A stretch of DNA of 64,000 nucleotides from a bacterium. GTDB lineage: Bacteria > SAR324 > NAC60-12. Positions 59,352-64,000 of the stretch are shown here, piece after piece; within the stretch, counting starts at the first letter, position 1, and each line of letters begins with the position of its first letter. The notes under the pieces were generated by a model. It did no database searches and was not told the DNA's origin. It saw only the letters and a list, made by a program, of their open reading frames with translations. The position numbers and the translations under genes are program-made. The stretch covers positions 2,688,001-2,752,000 of the forward strand of contig OZ242383.1 of assembly GCA_965209155.1 (NCBI GenBank), given 5' to 3'.

Positions 59352-59503
59352 CATACCATCACTGAGTTTTTTTAGTGAAAGAAGAGGGTTTCCGATCGAT
59401 GGAACAATATCGTGGGAGGACTTGAAAACGATCAGTCCTCTCCGGAAATTTTTTTCAACGTTATTTGACTAAACGGGTTTTCAGAGACCTGAATAGTTAC
59501 ATG

Positions 59504-59637
59504 AAATCAATCGTATTTGGAGAAATTATTATGAAAAAGATAAATATCAAATCAATCGTATTTGGAGAAATTATTATGAAAAAGATAAATATCAAATCAA
59601 TCGTATTTGGAGAAATTATTATGAAAAAGATAAATAT
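59504..59637 (+). repeat. 45-bp tandem repeat x3, each unit with RBS and ATG
   Basis: AAATCAATCGTATTTGGAGAAATTATTATGAAAAAGATAAATAT(C) at 59504, 59549 and 59594. Confidence 0.95.
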
Positions 59638-61021
59638 GAAAAAAAGATTCGGGATTATAGGGACTTTGATGGTCGCTATCTTCGCCCTGACGGGTATCGC
59701 GTATGCGGATGGCCACCTCAAATTCCCGATTGGCGAAGGCGAGTTCAGTTGGGACACCTACCACGCCTTCGCGATGGAGCACGACTATTCTGGCCAGCAA
59801 ATCACGGTCACCACAAGACATGCGGGATCAAATGGGGACGATCTTAAGGAGACGATGAAATATTTCGCAGAAGCGACCGGTGCCGATATCCGCCACAACG
59901 GTACACAGAACTTCAAGCAGGAAGTGACGACTAACCTCGAAGCAGGATCACCAGCGAATGTCACCGCATTCTCGCTGGTAGGTTTTCTCGCGGGCATGGC
60001 CAAGCGCGGTTTCCTGACGCCTTTGTGTTCCGATTTGGCCGACTGCGATTTGGCCGATTATATCCGCAATACCTACGCCGCTGGCGATAGCTGGATTAAA
60101 TACGGCACTGCGGAAGGCCCGGACGGGAAGGATCATTTTTACGGCGTCGTTTACCAAACCTACATTAATTCTTTAATCTATTACGTCCCCGAAAACTTCG
60201 AGGACGCGGGCTACAAAGTCCCAAAGACCATGGAAGAATTGGAGGCGCTGATTGCTCAGATCGTTGCCGACGGCGAAAAACCGTGGTGCGATGGTCTGTT
60301 TGCTGAGGGTTCGACGGGTTATACGGCACAAACATTCATGGCAGAATATTTGCTGCGCACAGAGCCTATTGAAGTGTACGACATGTATGACAAAAACGAA
60401 ATTCCAGTCGATGACCCCCGAATCGTTGCCGCACTCGAGGGATATGGCGAAATGGTTGCCAACGAAAAAAATGTAGCAGACTTTGCTAGTTTGGGCACCG
60501 CCAATTATATCACAGCCAGGAATGGTATCTTCACCAGCCCGCCGAAATGCTACATGACTGCCACACTTGGATCGTACTTGCCGGGGTGTTGTTTCCCAAA
60601 AGATAAAGAATACGGCGACTGGGACTTCTTCTACATGCCGACCAAGGCGAACAGGCCGGATCTTCCCAAGAAGCCAATGGGTGGCGGAGGTCACTTTTTT
60701 ACCATCACCAAAGACAGCCCAGTAGCAAGAGGGTTTATCAAGTGGCTACTGACACCGATTGCAAGTGAGTTATGGATGGCTCAGGGTGGCTTCCTGACGG
60801 CGCACAAGCACGTCAACAATGCTGTTTACAGAGACAAGGCGATGTCCGCTATGAATAAATTGATGGGCGAGGCGGATCCATGGCGGTACAACGTAGGCGA
60901 GACTATGCCCGCACCCGTTGGCGGCGGGGCCTTGAACAAGGCCATGGTGGACTATGTCAATGGCGAGGATGCCGCCGTCGTGTTACGACGTGTCCAAGAG
61001 GTCTGGGACAAGAACAAGTAG
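59621..61021 (+). CDS. carbohydrate ABC transporter substrate-binding protein (AglE-like)
   Basis: Signal peptide, LKFPIGEGEFSW, SLIYYVPENFEDAGY.VPKTMEEL, PWC; in-frame upstream starts at 59531 and 59576. Confidence 0.87.
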   Translation: MKKINMKKRFGIIGTLMVAIFALTGIAYADGHLKFPIGEGEFSWDTYHAFAMEHDYSGQQITVTTRHAGSNGDDLKETMKYFAEATGADIRHNGTQNFKQEVTTNLEAGSPANVTAFSLVGFLAGMAKRGFLTPLCSDLADCDLADYIRNTYAAGDSWIKYGTAEGPDGKDHFYGVVYQTYINSLIYYVPENFEDAGYKVPKTMEELEALIAQIVADGEKPWCDGLFAEGSTGYTAQTFMAEYLLRTEPIEVYDMYDKNEIPVDDPRIVAALEGYGEMVANEKNVADFASLGTANYITARNGIFTSPPKCYMTATLGSYLPGCCFPKDKEYGDWDFFYMPTKANRPDLPKKPMGGGGHFFTITKDSPVARGFIKWLLTPIASELWMAQGGFLTAHKHVNNAVYRDKAMSAMNKLMGEADPWRYNVGETMPAPVGGGALNKAMVDYVNGEDAAVVLRRVQEVWDKNK

Positions 61022-61119
61022 TCCTGGACGCAATACTGATCCCGGGCTATCAGGCTCGGGATCCTTCGCAAACACAATGGGAAGGATTTGCTGGTTTTTA
61101 GCAAATAAGGAGACGCGAG

Positions 61120-61283
61120 ATGGCAAAAGATTACACACTCCTCATTGGCACCCTTGGCCAAGGGCTGAACGTGAGTATGGAAAAGTCTTCGTTTTTTTGC
61201 TGGGGCATGATGGGCAGAGTTGCCAGACCGCGGAGTTTCAGAAGATCGTTCTGAATGGTGTGGACTGGGCCACTGGTGGGTAA
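61120..61283 (+). pseudogene. deletion fusion of an unidentified gene start with a ThuA-like C-terminus
   Basis: RBS TAAGGAG + MAKDYTLLIGTLGQGL; another frame reads YGKVFVFLLGHDG...EFQKIVLNGVDWATGG*. Confidence 0.58.
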
Positions 61284-61375
61284 ACCAAAGAAAGTATTCA
61301 CAGTCTCCTCCCTGTGATGGACGAGCTTAGTAGGACAATAACACACATGGACAACATTTAAGACGGATCGCGGAC

Positions 61376-62587
61376 ATGAACACGGCACTCCAGGGTCTAA
61401 TCATCATCATCATCGGTGTAAGTGGTTGCCTTGGTTACTTCTATCTCTCCAATCAGTTGCTCGACAAAGTCCTGTTCCCGCCGCGCGGCAAGAACGCCGG
61501 AGATAACATCAATCGTGCCAACATGATCCGGCCGTGGTTGTTCAGCTTCCCGGTTATTTTCGTGGGGGGGGTCTACCTGGTCTACCCGATTTTCGAAACA
61601 CTGCGCTTGTCGTTCACCGACCGCGATGCGGGCGGTGCGTTTGTCGGTCTTGCGAATTATCAGGAGATGTTCAGTCAAAAAAGGTTCTTGGAAGCGTGGC
61701 GCAACGACATTTTGTGGTTGACCGTCGTACCCACTGCGTCGACGGCGATTGGTCTCCTGGTCGCCCAACTGACGGACCGCATTGCCTGGGGCAACATCGC
61801 CAGGACGTTCATCTTCATGCCCATGGCGTACTCGTTTGTCGGCGCCTCGATGGCCTTCTTGCTGATCTATGATGGCCGCACCGAGGTTGGGGTTCTCAAC
61901 GCGGTCTGGATGCAGTTCGAAGGCGGGATCGGCTCGTTTCTTTTTCTGCGGATATTCCCAGCCATCATCCTGTTGGGCTTCGCCGCGGTGGCGGCGTATG
62001 TCTGTTACCTGTTCCTGCGCCCCTTCTTCATTCCGGAGGAACGAAAGGGCGGAATCATCAGCGCGGCTCTGCGAACAGTTGCCGGCGCGGTAGCGGCCTA
62101 TCTCGCCGTCCTGGCGCTTCTGAACGTGATCGACGTGTTCACGATCACCTGGACTTACGGCAAACCCCAATCCTGGCTGTCGATACCGTTTTGGAACAAT
62201 TTCTTCCTGATGGCCGCTTTGATCTGGACCCAGACCGGCTTAGCCATGGTGATCCTGTCGGCGGCGCTGCGCGGCATTCCGCAGGAAACGGTTGAGGCCG
62301 CCATCATCGACGGCGCGAAGCCCTTCCATTTATTTTTCCGCATCAAAATTCCGCAAATCCTCGGCACAATCGTCGTGGTGTGGACCATGATCTTTGTGGT
62401 CGCGTTGAGGGTGTTCGACATTGTCTTTACGATGACCTACGGTAATTGGGAAACGGAGGTCCTGGCAAATTACTTGTACCGCACGCTGTTCGTAGACCTC
62501 GACTTTGGCGTCGGGTCGGCCTCTGTGATCATCCTGGTGCTGCTTGTGTCGCCGATTATGATCTATAATGTGTACAGAAACCGCTAA
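61376..62587 (+). CDS. carbohydrate ABC transporter permease (AglF-like)
   Basis: FVGLANY, IFMPMA.SFVGAS, SAALRGIPQETVEAAIIDGA. Confidence 0.9.
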   Translation: MNTALQGLIIIIIGVSGCLGYFYLSNQLLDKVLFPPRGKNAGDNINRANMIRPWLFSFPVIFVGGVYLVYPIFETLRLSFTDRDAGGAFVGLANYQEMFSQKRFLEAWRNDILWLTVVPTASTAIGLLVAQLTDRIAWGNIARTFIFMPMAYSFVGASMAFLLIYDGRTEVGVLNAVWMQFEGGIGSFLFLRIFPAIILLGFAAVAAYVCYLFLRPFFIPEERKGGIISAALRTVAGAVAAYLAVLALLNVIDVFTITWTYGKPQSWLSIPFWNNFFLMAALIWTQTGLAMVILSAALRGIPQETVEAAIIDGAKPFHLFFRIKIPQILGTIVVVWTMIFVVALRVFDIVFTMTYGNWETEVLANYLYRTLFVDLDFGVGSASVIILVLLVSPIMIYNVYRNR

Positions 62588-62606
62588 GAAATAGGGAAGA
62601 TTGAAC

Positions 62607-63764
62607 ATGGACGGAATAGTAGAAACCAAATCATCGCTCAACAAATGGGTCGTGCGCATCACAGTCGCTTTGCTGGTCGCGGTGTGGGTGGCTCCGACGT
62701 TGGGTCTGTTCGTCTCTTCGTTACGAACCAGAGCCCAGGTCTTTTCTTCAGGATGGTGGTTAGCGCTCTTTCCATTTGAGGTAAACGAAATTCACCGGAC
62801 CGCCGATCCGGACGACTTTCGCGTGGCTGACGGCGACGTCTTTACGGTCTCGGGCAACCTGTTCGGCGAGGGGGCCTCGAAGAAGATTACCGTCTGGGGC
62901 ACCTCGTCGCGAGCGATTGATGCCTATGTTCCTGGCGACGTGGCCGACCTGGGAGACGGCGAAAGCATCACTGTTCAGGCCAACGGCGACTACGTCTGGC
63001 GCGGCAACGACGATCAGTTGAGCGGTCGCGGACAACGCGTATTCGTCACGACAAGAGGGCCACCCAAATTTACGCTCGAAAATTACCACTTTATGCTGTT
63101 CGACAAGAAGAACAGCCAAACGATGACGAAGGCCTTTCTCAACACGCTGATCATGGCAATTCCGTCGACAATTATCCCGATCGTAATGGCCGCATTTGCC
63201 GCCTACGCGCTTGCCTGGATGAAATTCCGAGGCAATGCATTGTTGATCGCGGCGGTCGTCGTGGGCCTGGCCTTTCCGCCCCATATTTCCTTGATCCCCA
63301 TACTGAAGCTGCATCTGGACATCGGTATCGGAAAGAGCTTTCTGGGCATGTGGCTCGCCCATTCCGCGTTCACACTGCCGTTCGCCCTCTTTCTTTTGCA
63401 CAACTACATGGCCGGCATACCGCGTGAAATTATCGAAAACGCCAAGCTCGACGGTGCGACTGATTTCCAGATTTTTATCAGGATCATTCTGCCGCTCAGC
63501 ATTCCGGCCCTCGCCTCGTGGTCGATCGTCCAGTTTCTGTGGACGTTTAACGATCTCCTGGGGCCCATGGTGTTTCTGCACGACAATACCGGTGACAACG
63601 AGGTCATGACACATAAACTTACCAAATTGCTTGGAATGTGGACAAGCAACTGGGAACTCATTGCGACGTCGACCTTCATTTCCATGGCGGTGCCGTTGGT
63701 GGTCTTCTTGACCATGCAACGATATTTCGCGCGTGGCCTGTTGGCCGGATCGATCAAAGGGTGA
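62607..63764 (+). CDS. carbohydrate ABC transporter permease (AglG-like)
   Basis: [45 protein letters not shown]. Confidence 0.9.
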   Translation: MDGIVETKSSLNKWVVRITVALLVAVWVAPTLGLFVSSLRTRAQVFSSGWWLALFPFEVNEIHRTADPDDFRVADGDVFTVSGNLFGEGASKKITVWGTSSRAIDAYVPGDVADLGDGESITVQANGDYVWRGNDDQLSGRGQRVFVTTRGPPKFTLENYHFMLFDKKNSQTMTKAFLNTLIMAIPSTIIPIVMAAFAAYALAWMKFRGNALLIAAVVVGLAFPPHISLIPILKLHLDIGIGKSFLGMWLAHSAFTLPFALFLLHNYMAGIPREIIENAKLDGATDFQIFIRIILPLSIPALASWSIVQFLWTFNDLLGPMVFLHDNTGDNEVMTHKLTKLLGMWTSNWELIATSTFISMAVPLVVFLTMQRYFARGLLAGSIKG

Positions 63765-63813
63765 AAAGAATTCTAAAAACACCGCTACCCCTTATATAAA
63801 CAGGGAGGGACCA

Positions 63814-64000
63814 ATGTCCGAAATGAAGCTGACCAATGTTGAAAAAATCTATGGAGGAGCGGTTAAGGTCCTCCAGGATATCAATCTTGATATCGAGCAG
63901 GGTGAACTGATTGTCTTACTTGGGCCATCGGGCTGTGGCAAGACGACCCTTTTACGCATGATCGCCGGGCTTGAGACCATCACGTCGGGCACGCTGGAGA
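63814..64000 (+). CDS. carbohydrate ABC transporter ATP-binding protein (partial, runs off window)
   Basis: [15 protein letters not shown]...[18 protein letters not shown]. Confidence 0.9.
   Translation, partial: MSEMKLTNVEKIYGGAVKVLQDINLDIEQGELIVLLGPSGCGKTTLLRMIAGLETITSGTLE

Larger units (their letters stand above)
58071..59500 (+). mobile_element. decayed IS66-family (single-ORF type) element; both terminal inverted repeats visible
   Basis: GTAACTATTTAGGTTTCT (58071-58088) versus AGAGACCTGAATAGTTAC (59483-59500); no matching 8-bp target duplication. Confidence 0.65.

Noticed and set aside
59504..59637. CRISPR array
   Set aside because: Head-to-tail repeats with no spacers.

Overview
64-kb bacterial window; the gene content and repeat families loosely suggest a marine deltaproteobacterium or SAR324-like organism, but this is unverified. 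A housekeeping core (~19.9-32.7 kb) holds sfsA, ftsB, dusB, a CIRCE-controlled Hsp20, mdh-sucCD, apaG, thpR, an Fe(III) ABC transporter and tRNA-Gly(GCC). The accessory flanks are rich in family-5 (peptide/nickel) ABC transporters, SDR/epimerase/VOC enzymes, a CP-ATP-grasp/alpha-E/transglutaminase operon, a TonB-dependent receptor and a sugar ABC operon. Main observations: (1) a four-helix-bundle (TIGR02436/23S-IVP, Avd-like) gene is framed by inverted heptamer arrays and by direct repeats of the host gene's last codons, is followed by a tandem internally deleted copy, and has a decayed relative next to a 7-mer/8-mer repeat mosaic at 54.8-55.1 kb. (2) Three separate recombinase-free cargo blocks are each flanked by a duplication of a host gene's 3' end (10, 56 and 29 bp). 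(3) A 2057-aa protein fuses an integrase arm-type DNA-binding domain to a pseudokinase-STAND ATPase-GAF-PAS-sigma54 activator; it has arm-site-like repeats in a duplicated promoter, and TGGGG-N8-CCCCA candidate enhancer sites and a consensus sigma54 promoter lie downstream. (4) There is a three-copy ~175-190-bp palindrome-filled MITE, an IS200 with its own ~100-bp non-autonomous derivative, and IS66/IS5 remnants. (5) Many deletion scars and duplicated translation starts point to ongoing erosion. All family assignments are by-eye motif recognition; no database searches were run.
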